64,000 nucleotides of DNA. Origin: a virus. The notes under the pieces are model-generated. The model made no database searches. It saw only the letters and a list, made by a program, of their open reading frames with translations, and was not told the DNA's origin. Positions 29,476 through 38,545 of this stretch are shown piece after piece. Made by a program: the position numbers and the translations under genes. The stretch spans positions 32,001-96,000 of IMG/VR virus record IMGVR_UViG_3300010048_000001. The stretch is one strand, 5' to 3'. Within the stretch, counting starts at the first letter, position 1. Each line of letters begins with the position of its first letter.

Positions 29476-30675
29476 TCACGTCGATTCTTTCTCGTCTGAA
29501 TACCGCATGTCGGCGGGCCGCAGATACTTATGAATGTGCCTCGATGGCCCTATGAGCTCCACAACAACCACCCGACCACTCTCAAGCAAGCGGGCTTGAG
29601 ATGCCTCTATGTCATAAGCCGATACGCTCGCAAGCTCCCGCCGCTTCTTAGCGAGTTTCGCAAGACAATTAGGAGCCTGAAAATTGAGAGCAACGCGAGA
29701 GTCCATGCTGATTAACCAACGGAGAAACTCGTATACATCACGATCAAGCGCTGGTTTTTCATACTGGTAGAGAGTGCGATCCTGCTCACGAACGAAGACG
29801 CCGTCTTTCCAGGTTAGGTCTATTTCGCCGCTCCCAGGCCCCTGATTGTTCTTCATGGTACGTAGGATGCGCCGATTGTCGTCCTCGAGTTCCTCGGGAT
29901 CGTTGTCAGCAGCATCACGCCGAGGTCGCGTTAGATACATGCGTGAGCGCACCGAATTATTCCAAGCCGTAGAGCCGGAAATGCCCGAACCGCTGCTCAT
30001 CCCCATAACGCTAGGGTGCGCGGTAATGATCACCACGCCCTGGATACGCATCGCGAATTGGCGCAGCATTGTAATGAACCGCCGCACCTGCACACGCACA
30101 TATTCTTGCCCGCCGAAGGCGTCCGCTACTGTGTCGATGACGGCATATTGGACGCCGAAATCGAGCGCTGCTTCTTGAAACTGATCCCACAGTGGCGTTG
30201 GCTCGATCCGGTCGGTCCGACGCTCAAATTCCGCCAGGATATTTTCCATCCCGACACGGGAGGAATATAGGACCTCAACGTCTGGGTGCTCGCAGCCATA
30301 ATGATCGTTGATTTTTTCCTGACGACGATGCAATTCGTCCTCATCATCTTCGCAGAATAAGGCGATTCCCTTACCTTTTTTGGTCTTTCTTCCGAACCAA
30401 TTGGCACCTATAGAAGCAGCCGTCAGGAGCTGCTGCATAATCAAAGATTTGCCCAGCCCGCCATCGCCCGACAGCATCACTACGGTACCCTTGAGCATGC
30501 AGCCCTCGACCATCCAGTCATAGCCTTGGGCGTCCTGCTGGTACCATTGAGCCGGAGAGAAAGTTTCAAACCGTTCGAATATCAGGGGCTTTGGTTTGAA
30601 CGGCTGATAAAATCCGCCGCCCGGGAAATTGGTTATGGTGCCGCGGTCAGATCCGCGGCCGTTGTTGTTCGGCAA
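29476..30675 (-). CDS. RepA/RecA-family (AAA_25) replicative helicase
   Basis: Walker A SGDGGLGKS, CEDD, VIDT, AHPS, SGSTAWNNSVRSR, KNN. Confidence 0.9.
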   Translation of the reverse strand: MPNNNGRGSDRGTITNFPGGGFYQPFKPKPLIFERFETFSPAQWYQQDAQGYDWMVEGCMLKGTVVMLSGDGGLGKSLIMQQLLTAASIGANWFGRKTKKGKGIALFCEDDEDELHRRQEKINDHYGCEHPDVEVLYSSRVGMENILAEFERRTDRIEPTPLWDQFQEAALDFGVQYAVIDTVADAFGGQEYVRVQVRRFITMLRQFAMRIQGVVIITAHPSVMGMSSGSGISGSTAWNNSVRSRMYLTRPRRDAADNDPEELEDDNRRILRTMKNNQGPGSGEIDLTWKDGVFVREQDRTLYQYEKPALDRDVYEFLRWLISMDSRVALNFQAPNCLAKLAKKRRELASVSAYDIEASQARLLESGRVVVVELIGPSRHIHKYLRPADMRYSDEKEST

Positions 30676-31627
30676 GTGCTTCCCTCCGATACCGTTCGGC
30701 GATCAGCCAATCGTCGAAATCCCCATACTCTTCGGGAGGGAACACGACCTCAGAATCGAGCCCTTGCTCGATGTATGAATCTCGAGCCTTGTAGGCTTCT
30801 CTTTCCCCCACCTTACCACTACCATCACGATCGCCGAAGATCACGATTCGCCGGACGTGCGGCGGTATCTCTACGCGGCCCATGCGATACACTCCTAGCG
30901 CGGCCCAAACCGGGATCCCATAGAGGCACTTCGCCGCGAGCGCTGTCTCGATGCCTTCGGCGATCCCCAACGTAGCGACCCTGGCTGGCCCGAGATGGAC
31001 CGCGCCGGCATCGAGCGGACCTAGCGACATTTTCTCCGATTCGATCGGAGCTTTGGTGTTGGGCGTTATAGGGCGCCCGTCATCGAACCAGAATTTATCC
31101 TGCAGCCAAATCCTTTGGATCGCGATAACCCGCCCCTCGAGGTTCTGCACCGCAGCCACAAGCGCTGGCCAACTTGTTTTTGTCTTGCTGTGCCACAATT
31201 CAGGCACGTAGCGAATCGAGACAGGGATTGTCCGCAGCTCGATCCCACGAGTATAGAGATAAAGCGAAACCGGAGTGCGCTCCGGCGGCTGCGCGTTCAG
31301 GAAAATCTTCCGTGCAGCCTCACGCAGCGCCCTCTCGTCATTGTCGAGTTCGCCCGTGGGCAGCGGCAATTTCTGCGGCTGAATGCGGACGCCAAAATAA
31401 TCCCGGTCCGGCCATAGGCCTCGGGCTCGGAGCGCATCAAGAACGCGCTCTTGGGAACACCCGGCGAAGCATCTAACTAAGACGCGCCCATACTTCTCGT
31501 GAACACTGAGACTGGGCGTCCTATCATCGTGCGCTGGGCACCGGCACATGCCACCCCGAGAGCCCCGCCACTTCCCCTTGAGAGAAGTGACAATTTGCCT
31601 GCCGCTGGCTTGGTCGACGAACGCCAT
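30647..31627 (-). CDS. Toprim-domain primase with N-terminal Zn finger
   Basis: CRCPAHDDRTPSL, CFAGC, AEGIETAL, FGDRD, DFDD. Confidence 0.9.
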   Translation of the reverse strand: MAFVDQASGRQIVTSLKGKWRGSRGGMCRCPAHDDRTPSLSVHEKYGRVLVRCFAGCSQERVLDALRARGLWPDRDYFGVRIQPQKLPLPTGELDNDERALREAARKIFLNAQPPERTPVSLYLYTRGIELRTIPVSIRYVPELWHSKTKTSWPALVAAVQNLEGRVIAIQRIWLQDKFWFDDGRPITPNTKAPIESEKMSLGPLDAGAVHLGPARVATLGIAEGIETALAAKCLYGIPVWAALGVYRMGRVEIPPHVRRIVIFGDRDGSGKVGEREAYKARDSYIEQGLDSEVVFPPEEYGDFDDWLIAERYRREALAEQQRPRI

Positions 31628-31633
31628 TGGTAG

Positions 31634-31876
31634 TCAGGAAGAGTGCTGGCTGCGGCGTCTCTCGCAGCCTGATTTCACACAAACCCAGAGATCGCAGGTC
31701 TCATGACAAGACCAGACTTGCTCATCCGTGAGCGCAGCTCTGCGACGCTCGCACGCGATCTCGTCGCGCCTCGCGCGAATCGCCTCAAAGTCGTCTGCCA
31801 CGCGAGCTCTCGCGGGTGGCTCCTCTGTCACTGACCGTACCGCAGTTGCGCAGGGCCTGCGTGGTGCCAGTCCCAT
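31634..31876 (-). CDS. Hypothetical protein
   Basis: VADDFEAIRARR motif; position in the operon. Confidence 0.5.
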   Translation of the reverse strand: MGLAPRRPCATAVRSVTEEPPARARVADDFEAIRARRDEIACERRRAALTDEQVWSCHETCDLWVCVKSGCERRRSQHSS

Positions 31877-32400
31877 ACAAACCAGGAAAAATTATGACGC
31901 GGCGAGGCCGTATGGAGTGCTGCCCATCGTGGTCGCTTCGTCAACACCAGCTTCAGCGCGAATGGCTCGCACTCAAAGAGATCTACCCGGCCGCTGGCAC
32001 AGTCGTACTCATTGCGCAGCAGCATGGCGACCTTGCCGCCCGCCCGCTGCGTTAGGCGTATCGCGTGGCGGATGAATGGCTCGGCAAGCTGGTAGGGCGG
32101 GTTGGTTACGATCGAGAAAAGGCCGTCGCCCGGTGAGGAATGTGTGAGAAAATCTGCCGATGCCGCACCTTTGCAGCCCAGAGCATCGCCAGCTATATCG
32201 CTGATCATGACGCTGTACCCAGCATCCGTCAGAACATCGGCCATATCGCCACGACCGCAAGCGGGCTCCCACACCAGCCCACGCAACTTCACACGATCGA
32301 GTAGGGCTTTCGTCACCCAGGACTCGGTGTGATATACATCGCCACCGCAGCGCTCATACCCAGACCCTCCAAGCATCGCCGGATCTGGCCTTCCGCTCAT
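31828..32400 (-). CDS. Putative DNA adenine methyltransferase
   Basis: D.Y.T, WEPACGRG (SAM binding), IVTNPPY (catalytic). Confidence 0.85.
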   Translation of the reverse strand: MSGRPDPAMLGGSGYERCGGDVYHTESWVTKALLDRVKLRGLVWEPACGRGDMADVLTDAGYSVMISDIAGDALGCKGAASADFLTHSSPGDGLFSIVTNPPYQLAEPFIRHAIRLTQRAGGKVAMLLRNEYDCASGRVDLFECEPFALKLVLTKRPRWAALHTASPRHNFSWFVWDWHHAGPAQLRYGQ

Positions 32401-32681
32401 GAAAGCTTCTCGATGGCCGACACTAAGGCCCAGTCCCTTCTTGAGCGCCTGGCCGCAGCATCCGCTCGGGCATCCCTGTTTTTGCGATAGTGCAGCTTCG
32501 ACTGCCGATTCGGGTCGTCGTCACGTACTGGCGGTAATGCTCGCCGTTTTCTCTCAGCAACCCAGATATCGACGAGGCCGTTTTGCGAGACGTGTATTTT
32601 CAGTGTGTCTCCTGGCGGAACCTCGACTTCCTTGCAGACTCCAGCGATGGTGATTTGCGCCATCATGACAATCTGCCTCAA
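32397..32681 (-). CDS. Hypothetical protein
   Basis: Overlap-coupled on both sides. Confidence 0.5.
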   Translation of the reverse strand: MRQIVMMAQITIAGVCKEVEVPPGDTLKIHVSQNGLVDIWVAERKRRALPPVRDDDPNRQSKLHYRKNRDARADAAARRSRRDWALVSAIEKLS

Positions 32682-33100
32682 TCGGCAATTTGCGTAACGG
32701 TGATTACGAGCTTCGGCTGCACACCGTAGACCTTGCGGGCATGCAACTCAGAGATGCGTGCGTCGTCGGTGTAGACGACCCCCTTGCACGCATCTTTTAT
32801 CTGCTTCACTATATTGTCTAGGTCGGGCTTTACGGTATGCTGCGCTAAACCAATGATCGCGGCATTCTTCTTTTTCTTTGACCATGACTTTGGCATTTGG
32901 AACTCGGCACTCACGTCCATCCGCACCGCGTGGTCTAATATTTCGTGTTCGCCATCAATCATGGCGTGCTGCGCCACTATACGCAGGGTTGCGGCGTTGT
33001 TGCGCTGCTTTTGTGGCGTAAATCGCACTTTACCATTGCCACCGGAGCGCGCCCACGGTACCGGCTGACCGAGCAGCGTGATTCTGACCGGCTCTACCAT
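32678..33100 (-). CDS. rusA: RusA-family Holliday junction resolvase
   Basis: GQPVP.AR, KPDLDNIVK..KDA, YTDD, KVYG. Confidence 0.9.
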   Translation of the reverse strand: MVEPVRITLLGQPVPWARSGGNGKVRFTPQKQRNNAATLRIVAQHAMIDGEHEILDHAVRMDVSAEFQMPKSWSKKKKNAAIIGLAQHTVKPDLDNIVKQIKDACKGVVYTDDARISELHARKVYGVQPKLVITVTQIAD

Positions 33101-33115
33101 TTTTGAAGGCGATTA

Positions 33116-33466
33116 CTACACAGAGAAGTCGACTGCTCGCATGGCAGCAGCACCAAGCGGGGTCTCGACAAACTCACCCAGCGCGGCAATCAGCCTATCG
33201 ATCGCTTCCTCGGTCTCTTCGCGCGCATCGCGCTTGTCCGCAGGCTCGAAAGACCGCTTTGCCGCGGCGCGGAGGACCCTGACGTTGTGCCCGTCTTCCT
33301 TGGCTTCTTGAGCCAGGCTCTTGCGGTCTTCCTTCAGCGCCTCCGCCTGCCGCTCGAGCTCGACGAAGCGCTTAAGGTACTCCATCTCGTTCAGTACGGG
33401 CCGATTACGCCCGTGGTTGCTCTTTGACATTGGGATCACACTCCAGCCAGCGGGGCGCCAACGCAA
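33116..33466 (-). CDS. GapR/DUF2312-like nucleoid-associated protein
   Basis: LKRFVELER..EALKEDRK....EAKEDGHNVRVLR....R...EE......ALG; true start probably MSKSNHG. Confidence 0.75.
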   Translation of the reverse strand: MRWRPAGWSVIPMSKSNHGRNRPVLNEMEYLKRFVELERQAEALKEDRKSLAQEAKEDGHNVRVLRAAAKRSFEPADKRDAREETEEAIDRLIAALGEFVETPLGAAAMRAVDFSV

Positions 33467-33721
33467 ATGCCCCCTGTGTTGCCGATGCCAGATTGCCTCG
33501 GATCTTCGTCTCTAATGACGGTGGCGAGACTGCCGTAGTCGCGAGTCTCGATGTCATGGCCATGATAGGATACCGGTGGCCAGACGCCGGTAGCGTAGGG
33601 CGCAATGGTCACAGCATAGCGCCATTTCTCGGCGCGTCGCGCACAGCTCCGACTGCAGTATTTCCTTTGGACAAAGTCACCAACATCCTCTTTCGCGCGC
33701 CGGATCAGAGGGCTTGCGCAG

Positions 33722-34348
33722 TCACTCAGGTCGCACACGCGGCCATCGCCGGCGCCCACTGCCGTTTGGGGATATTTGTACCTGCTCGGGGTCTGTAACT
33801 CGCTCATGTGACGGGCTTCCCGGGCACCAGGAGTCGTTTGCTGGTTCTAAGGAGCCAGAGGTCTGCTGCGATAGAAGACTCGATGACTCGCATGCACAGT
33901 CGTCGGATGTAGTCCAATTTCGTCCCCTTCGAACTTCACTAAGAAGGTTCTCAAGCTGCTGTTCCAGCCGATCGAACCTTCGGAGCATCTCGTCGAGTGG
34001 CGGGGGCTGCGGCACCAGTCCCCACACTAACTTGGCGAACTCGTCTCCAAAGACCGCGCATGCGACGGACAGCCTTTCTACTGTCCAGCACTTCCCGCAT
34101 CGGAGATACTGCGCCATGCGGACGCTAACCCCGAAGATGCGAGCAACGTGCTTATCCCTGTTCTGATCCGGTATGAGCTGGTCAAGCGCATCGCCAGCCT
34201 TCTGCGCGAGGGATACTGCGTTAAACGCAGTATCGCTGCGCCCCTTTCCGATCGACAATGTTCCGGCTCCAGCTGAAAGTTGCAGTCGTGGATACCGATG
34301 GTGAAGGGACTGAAAATGGAACCGCCGCAGAGGAGCCCATTGGCCCAT
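33722..34348 (-). CDS. CII-like HTH regulator
   Basis: KHVARIFGVSVRMA HTH downstream of cro; start uncertain. Confidence 0.55.
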   Translation of the reverse strand: MGQWAPLRRFHFQSLHHRYPRLQLSAGAGTLSIGKGRSDTAFNAVSLAQKAGDALDQLIPDQNRDKHVARIFGVSVRMAQYLRCGKCWTVERLSVACAVFGDEFAKLVWGLVPQPPPLDEMLRRFDRLEQQLENLLSEVRRGRNWTTSDDCACESSSLLSQQTSGSLEPANDSWCPGSPSHERVTDPEQVQISPNGSGRRRWPRVRPE

Positions 34349-34665
34349 ACCCCTCTGCGGCGGTCACCGTTGCAGACCGGCCAAGCGGGAGTTCCCCCCA
34401 CCCAACTTGGTCGGTCCGCTGCAAGCGGGCCCGTCGGCTCCGCTTCCCCCGAACGGTCATCTGGTCGAAACTGCACCGAGACTGGCGTTGAAATTGTCTT
34501 GCCCGGAGATTGGTGCGGAATCCCGCACGCAAAGTGGCATGCAGTGCGCGTGCGCGGACGCATCGTTGCCATCATTGAGAATAGAGCGGAAGCAATCCGC
34601 TTCGCACGGTTACTGCACGCCACACTCAACAAAGTCTCCCCAGCGCATTCGCGCTGATGATTTAT

Positions 34666-34923
34666 TTACGCAGCGTCAGCTTTCGCTTTAGCTGCAACCC
34701 TTGCCAGAGCTTCAGCGGTTACGTTTGGGAGCCCGCACTCCTGTGCAGCCACCACGACCCGCATCCACAAGTCAGAAGGGATCGACTTTCGCCAGCGATG
34801 CTGTTTAGCCGTGTTGTAACTTATTCCGACCGCGCGAGCGTACTCGCTCGCTCCTCCGAACAAGTCGATCACTGCGGCGAAATCGATGAACCCTTCGTCA
34901 GGCATGGGCGTTATAGGTGACAT
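34666..34923 (-). CDS. Cro-like repressor
   Basis: IDLFGGASEYARAVGISYNTA...RKSIP; divergent from cI. Confidence 0.8.
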   Translation of the reverse strand: MSPITPMPDEGFIDFAAVIDLFGGASEYARAVGISYNTAKQHRWRKSIPSDLWMRVVVAAQECGLPNVTAEALARVAAKAKADAA

Positions 34924-34932
34924 TATGTACCC
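34916..34932. promoter_or_regulatory. Operator GGTGAC-attat-GTACCC next to the leftward (cro) TTGACA -35
   Basis: Degenerate copy of the GTAC-N5-GTAC motif at the cI/cro junction. Confidence 0.65.
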
Positions 34933-34969
34933 GCCCTGTCAAGCCCCCTGCGTACCAGATATCTAGGCT

Positions 34970-35434
34970 ATGTTCCCACTCAAGATGACGCCATCCGATC
35001 GCCTACGCAAAGCGCGGCGCGCCGCGGGCTTCTCAGGCCCGACCGATGCCGCGAGGCGGTTTAACTGGAAACTCGAAACCTACAAGAAGCATGAGTCGGG
35101 AGGGCGCGGGATTACGGTCCGCATGGCGTCTAAGTACGCCCGCGCGTTCAGGGTGGCAGCGGCTTGGTTGCTATACGGAGAAGGGCGGGCACCTGAGCCA
35201 TCACAGGCGCAAAATGAGGACCCCTTCGATCAGGATATTCTGACCCGCGCTATCGCGGTTTCACGTCGGGTGCTCGGCCCCTATCCCGAAGCCTCAGCTA
35301 TCGAGCCGCACATGGTTTCGGCGATTTACGCGCTTCTCCTGCGGGAGGCCGCGACACAATCGATAACGGTTGAGGATGAGGAAACGCTGCGGGTCTTGGA
35401 GGTCTTTGCTCGCGGGGTTCTTGGGCCGCGATAG
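34970..35434 (+). CDS. CI-like XRE-family repressor (no S24 peptidase domain)
   Basis: DRLRKARRAAGF....AARRF....TY..HESG.RG....A..YARAF.V...WLLYGEG. Confidence 0.88.
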   Translation: MFPLKMTPSDRLRKARRAAGFSGPTDAARRFNWKLETYKKHESGGRGITVRMASKYARAFRVAAAWLLYGEGRAPEPSQAQNEDPFDQDILTRAIAVSRRVLGPYPEASAIEPHMVSAIYALLLREAATQSITVEDEETLRVLEVFARGVLGPR

Positions 35435-35853
35435 GCGGCCGCAGCGTCCGGCGTTATAGCCAAGAGGACCGCCAGCGCAGCCAACGAGAACGCCCATGTC
35501 GCATCGCCACGGGCGATCCAGGACTGAACCGGGAAGAGCCTCAGCCCCGCTAAGATCGCCACTGCGCAAGCAGCCCACGCCGCGGCCCAGCCGCCAATAA
35601 TTCGCGACAGCGATATCGACAAATATAAAGGCAGCAAACACACGGTCACGTGTTGAGGACGGAATGGTTCCATCCCCACGCATAGTAAAAGACCCGCTCC
35701 CGCCAAACCGATACCAAGCCCACTATCAACCAGAGAGGTAAGGTGGCGGCTACTTGGCGTCTTCTTGCTTGTATTATTACAATAAGTAGGGATGAGTCTT
35801 TCTGCTGCACGGCGTAAAGCTGCTTCGTCCATCCCGTTAACCTTTTGTTGCAA
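35326..35853 (-). CDS. Putative membrane protein
   Basis: Several hydrophobic segments; convergent with and overlapping the cI end. Confidence 0.4.
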   Translation of the reverse strand: MQQKVNGMDEAALRRAAERLIPTYCNNTSKKTPSSRHLTSLVDSGLGIGLAGAGLLLCVGMEPFRPQHVTVCLLPLYLSISLSRIIGGWAAAWAACAVAILAGLRLFPVQSWIARGDATWAFSLAALAVLLAITPDAAAAYRGPRTPRAKTSKTRSVSSSSTVIDCVAASRRRSA

Positions 35854-35927
35854 CCGAATTATGCCCCCTTAGGAGATAGTTCCGCATGCGACGAGTTGCC
35901 GCAGATGCGGTGGGGCACGAAACGCCC

Positions 35928-35955
35928 TTGACATTTGAGGTACAAACCGTACCTT
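35928..35955 (+). promoter_or_regulatory. Rightward early promoter (TTGACA-N16-TACCTT) overlapped by operator AGGTAC-aaacc-GTACCT
   Basis: -35 at 35928-35933; perfect palindromic arms 35938-35954; heads the recombination operon. Confidence 0.75.
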
Positions 35956-36260
35956 GTCCTGCACGCTATGTGTGGGGCCGGAAATGACTGAGCAAGAACT
36001 ATGGGAGAGCCATCGCGAGCGTGCGCGTGTCGCAAAACTAAATGTGAGCGCCGCGGTCGTCTTGAGCATGGCGGTCTCCGGTGCGCTGTGGATTGCCATC
36101 TGGTTCGCCGGTAAGGCGATCGTCAGCGCCTGGATCGCGCCATGGCTGTAGTCGACAACCTTGCACTGATCGTTGCCGGTGTGCGGCTGCAATATCTCTT
36201 GCAGCATGGGAAAGCCGCGCTTCTCTATGAGAACGCCGCGCAATTCGAAGAGCATCCGCA

Positions 36261-36647
36261 TTGGCTGCTCCCCGAACCATCCTGGGGATGGCCGTCGCCG
36301 CACGACACCACTGCGGAGAAAGCCCGGTGAGCGTCAGGGCGGCGGTCGTGCTGCTGATAGTATCAGCGGCCCTGTGGGCGCTGTTCTTCTGGTTCGCCTT
36401 TTTTTGGTTAGCTTCACCTTCTCATGCCGGAGAGATTGCCGACTGCATCCATGACCGCGCACTCGAATGGGTAGAAAGCGGCCAGACCAGCGGTTCTCCT
36501 GATGATTTCTTCGCGGTCGCAGCGGCGGCTTGTTTAGATGACGTCGCAGACGACGACAATGCCGCCGCTGAAGTGCACGAGGGCCTTCGACGCGCCATAG
36601 CCGAGAAGCTGGAAGAATACCTCAGAAAATTCACTCGGGAGCAGTAG
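36261..36647 (+). CDS. Hypothetical membrane/exported protein
   Basis: Hydrophobic segment then acidic helix; true start probably the GTG near 36327. Confidence 0.5.
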   Translation: MAAPRTILGMAVAARHHCGESPVSVRAAVVLLIVSAALWALFFWFAFFWLASPSHAGEIADCIHDRALEWVESGQTSGSPDDFFAVAAAACLDDVADDDNAAAEVHEGLRRAIAEKLEEYLRKFTREQ

Positions 36648-36801
36648 GGATGGAACCAATAGCTGACGTCACGGTCCGGGTGCTTGAGCTAATGCTCGAC
36701 GAGCTTATCGATCAACTGCACGAAATGCCCGAAGGCGAGCAAAAGCGCGAACTTACTGAGCGCGCCAATCGGCTCGACGAAGCGCTGCTGGGGATGACGA
36801 C

Positions 36802-37101
36802 ATGAACGAGCGGCAAACGACCGAAACATTCGATACCATCAATGAATGGCAGCGCGTGACGTTCCCGGCTGCAACACTTGACGGAGTGTTGAACCACATC
36901 GGCGAAGAATGGCGCGAATTCCAAGACGCGATGACGGCAACGGGTAAGATTGACGAGGCGGCCGACCTAATAATTCTCTTGGCGTGCTTCATCGATCAAA
37001 TGTCTGGCGTAGGAGCGCAACGGTTCGTCGATGACAAGATGCGGCGTAACCGAGCGCGCCAATGGAACATCCAACCAGACGGGACGGGCCGGCATGTCTG
37101 A
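36802..37101 (+). CDS. MazG-like dATP/dGTP pyrophosphohydrolase (DUF550-like)
   Basis: W...TF, HIGEE..E, DEAAD..IL, KM..NRARQW. Confidence 0.8.
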   Translation: MNERQTTETFDTINEWQRVTFPAATLDGVLNHIGEEWREFQDAMTATGKIDEAADLIILLACFIDQMSGVGAQRFVDDKMRRNRARQWNIQPDGTGRHV

Positions 37102-37110
37102 CAAGTCACC

Positions 37111-37491
37111 ATGAACCGCGTCAGCATCATAGGGCTCGCGCTTGTCGCCGGCGCGCTCTTCGCCTACGGCGCGGTGAGCGGAGACGAGCCGGCTAGGCCG
37201 CTGTGCCAGAATGGCCATCCGTCGCCACGCCGCCCCGATGTAACTTATGGGCACCTGCCGGTGCGGCCGGGCAGGGTCAGGGATCATAGGATTCCCCTTT
37301 GCTTAGGTGGCCCAGATACGGCGGCCAACATCCAATATCAGACTATTGGGGATGCAAGCGCAAAAGACATACTCGAGTGGCGCATGTGCGAGGCTTACTG
37401 CTCCGGGAAGATCACCCTCGACAAGGCACAGGCATTCTTTGCCTCCGGCAAATGGGAGCAGGTGGTGCGCCTGAAGGAGCAGCTGCCGTGA
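37111..37491 (+). CDS. Exported HNH-like nuclease
   Basis: Signal peptide; DHRIPLCLGGPD...NIQYQ......KD.LE; C.G.ITL..AQ. Confidence 0.75.
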   Translation: MNRVSIIGLALVAGALFAYGAVSGDEPARPLCQNGHPSPRRPDVTYGHLPVRPGRVRDHRIPLCLGGPDTAANIQYQTIGDASAKDILEWRMCEAYCSGKITLDKAQAFFASGKWEQVVRLKEQLP

Positions 37492-37686
37492 GCCTCCATG
37501 AAGAAGAACAATGCAGGCTGCTAGCTGTGAAAATGGCAGAGCAATGCAACGGGCATCACGACAGAATCGTGCTTGCCGCGATCATGGCCTTGCTAGGCTA
37601 CCTCGTAGATAAGCACCGCCTCGACGTCGCTGACCTGTCCCGCATGCTAGTCGCGCAGCTAGAAGAACGGCCGACGGCGCACTGAC

Positions 37687-38541
37687 ATGCCTGAAGAGAC
37701 AGTGATTCGAGCCAGTGGGCTGACGTGGTACTCAGATTGCCCGCGCAGGTCCGCAAGCAATATGTTCCGCCACGAAATCGAGGCCGCGGGCTTCAAGCTG
37801 CGACAGGTGCCGCAAGACGTTGGCGCAGCAATCGGGAATGCGGTGCACAAGGCAGCTGAGGTCACGCTGGCCGAAAAGGCGCGTACCGGCGCGCTGCCGC
37901 CGGAGAGCGTGGCCAGCAACTGTGCTGCCCAAACCGTTCAGGAAGAGGTTGCTGCGGGCGTGCAGTTCGACATCAAGGGAATAACTCGGAACTTGAACGA
38001 TGCGCAGGCCCAGAGCGTAAAGATGGCTCGCGCGTACCATCGTGTCATTGCGCCGACGATCGAGCCACTGATGGTCGAGGAGCGGCTCGATGCGGAGATA
38101 GCGCCCGGCGTAATCCTATCCGGCAAGCCGGATTTAGTGGCGCGCGAGCCCAAGATGCTGCGCGACGTAAAGACGTCGAGCCGGGCTCGTCCAGGCAGCC
38201 ACGCGCCGCAGATTGGGGCGTACAGCCTGCTCATCCGATCCAATGGACTCGATATCGACAGCGCCTCGGTCGACTATGTGCGTCGTACCGCGCCAGATAA
38301 GCCGCAGCCGGATCCGATATCGGCACCGGTTCAGATAGCGCCCGCGGAGACGGCAGCGGCAAACATAATTCGCCATATACGCCATGATCTGGAAATTTTC
38401 AGAAATGGAGACCGAGATCATAGGATCCTTTCCGGCGACGCATGGGCGTTCGCGGCGAACCCAAACAGTGTCCTATGTAGTGACCGCTTCTGCCCCGCAT
38501 GGGGCACAGACTTCTGTCATGAATGGATTCCAAAGGATTAA
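37687..38541 (+). CDS. PD-(D/E)XK RecB-family exonuclease (RecE-like partner)
   Basis: CPR, IGNAVH, LSGKPD, DVKT, QIGAY, C-terminal Cys cluster; upstream of recT. Confidence 0.85.
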   Translation: MPEETVIRASGLTWYSDCPRRSASNMFRHEIEAAGFKLRQVPQDVGAAIGNAVHKAAEVTLAEKARTGALPPESVASNCAAQTVQEEVAAGVQFDIKGITRNLNDAQAQSVKMARAYHRVIAPTIEPLMVEERLDAEIAPGVILSGKPDLVAREPKMLRDVKTSSRARPGSHAPQIGAYSLLIRSNGLDIDSASVDYVRRTAPDKPQPDPISAPVQIAPAETAAANIIRHIRHDLEIFRNGDRDHRILSGDAWAFAANPNSVLCSDRFCPAWGTDFCHEWIPKD

Positions 38542-38545
38542 GTAA

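Noticed and set aside
29051-29479. ORFs 29051-29320 (+) and 29144-29479 (-)
   Set aside because: They span iteron repeats (AQAQAQ / LRLRLRL translations) in AT-rich DNA, which is better explained as an origin.
36802-37101. 2-aminoadenine (Z-genome) pathway
   Set aside because: A DUF550/MazG-like gene is present, but no PurZ, DatZ-like HD phosphatase or DNA polymerase is recognisable in the window.
37687-38541. Cas4 / CRISPR adaptation gene
   Set aside because: A RecB-like nuclease directly upstream of recT is the usual phage recombination pair, and there is no cas1 or array.
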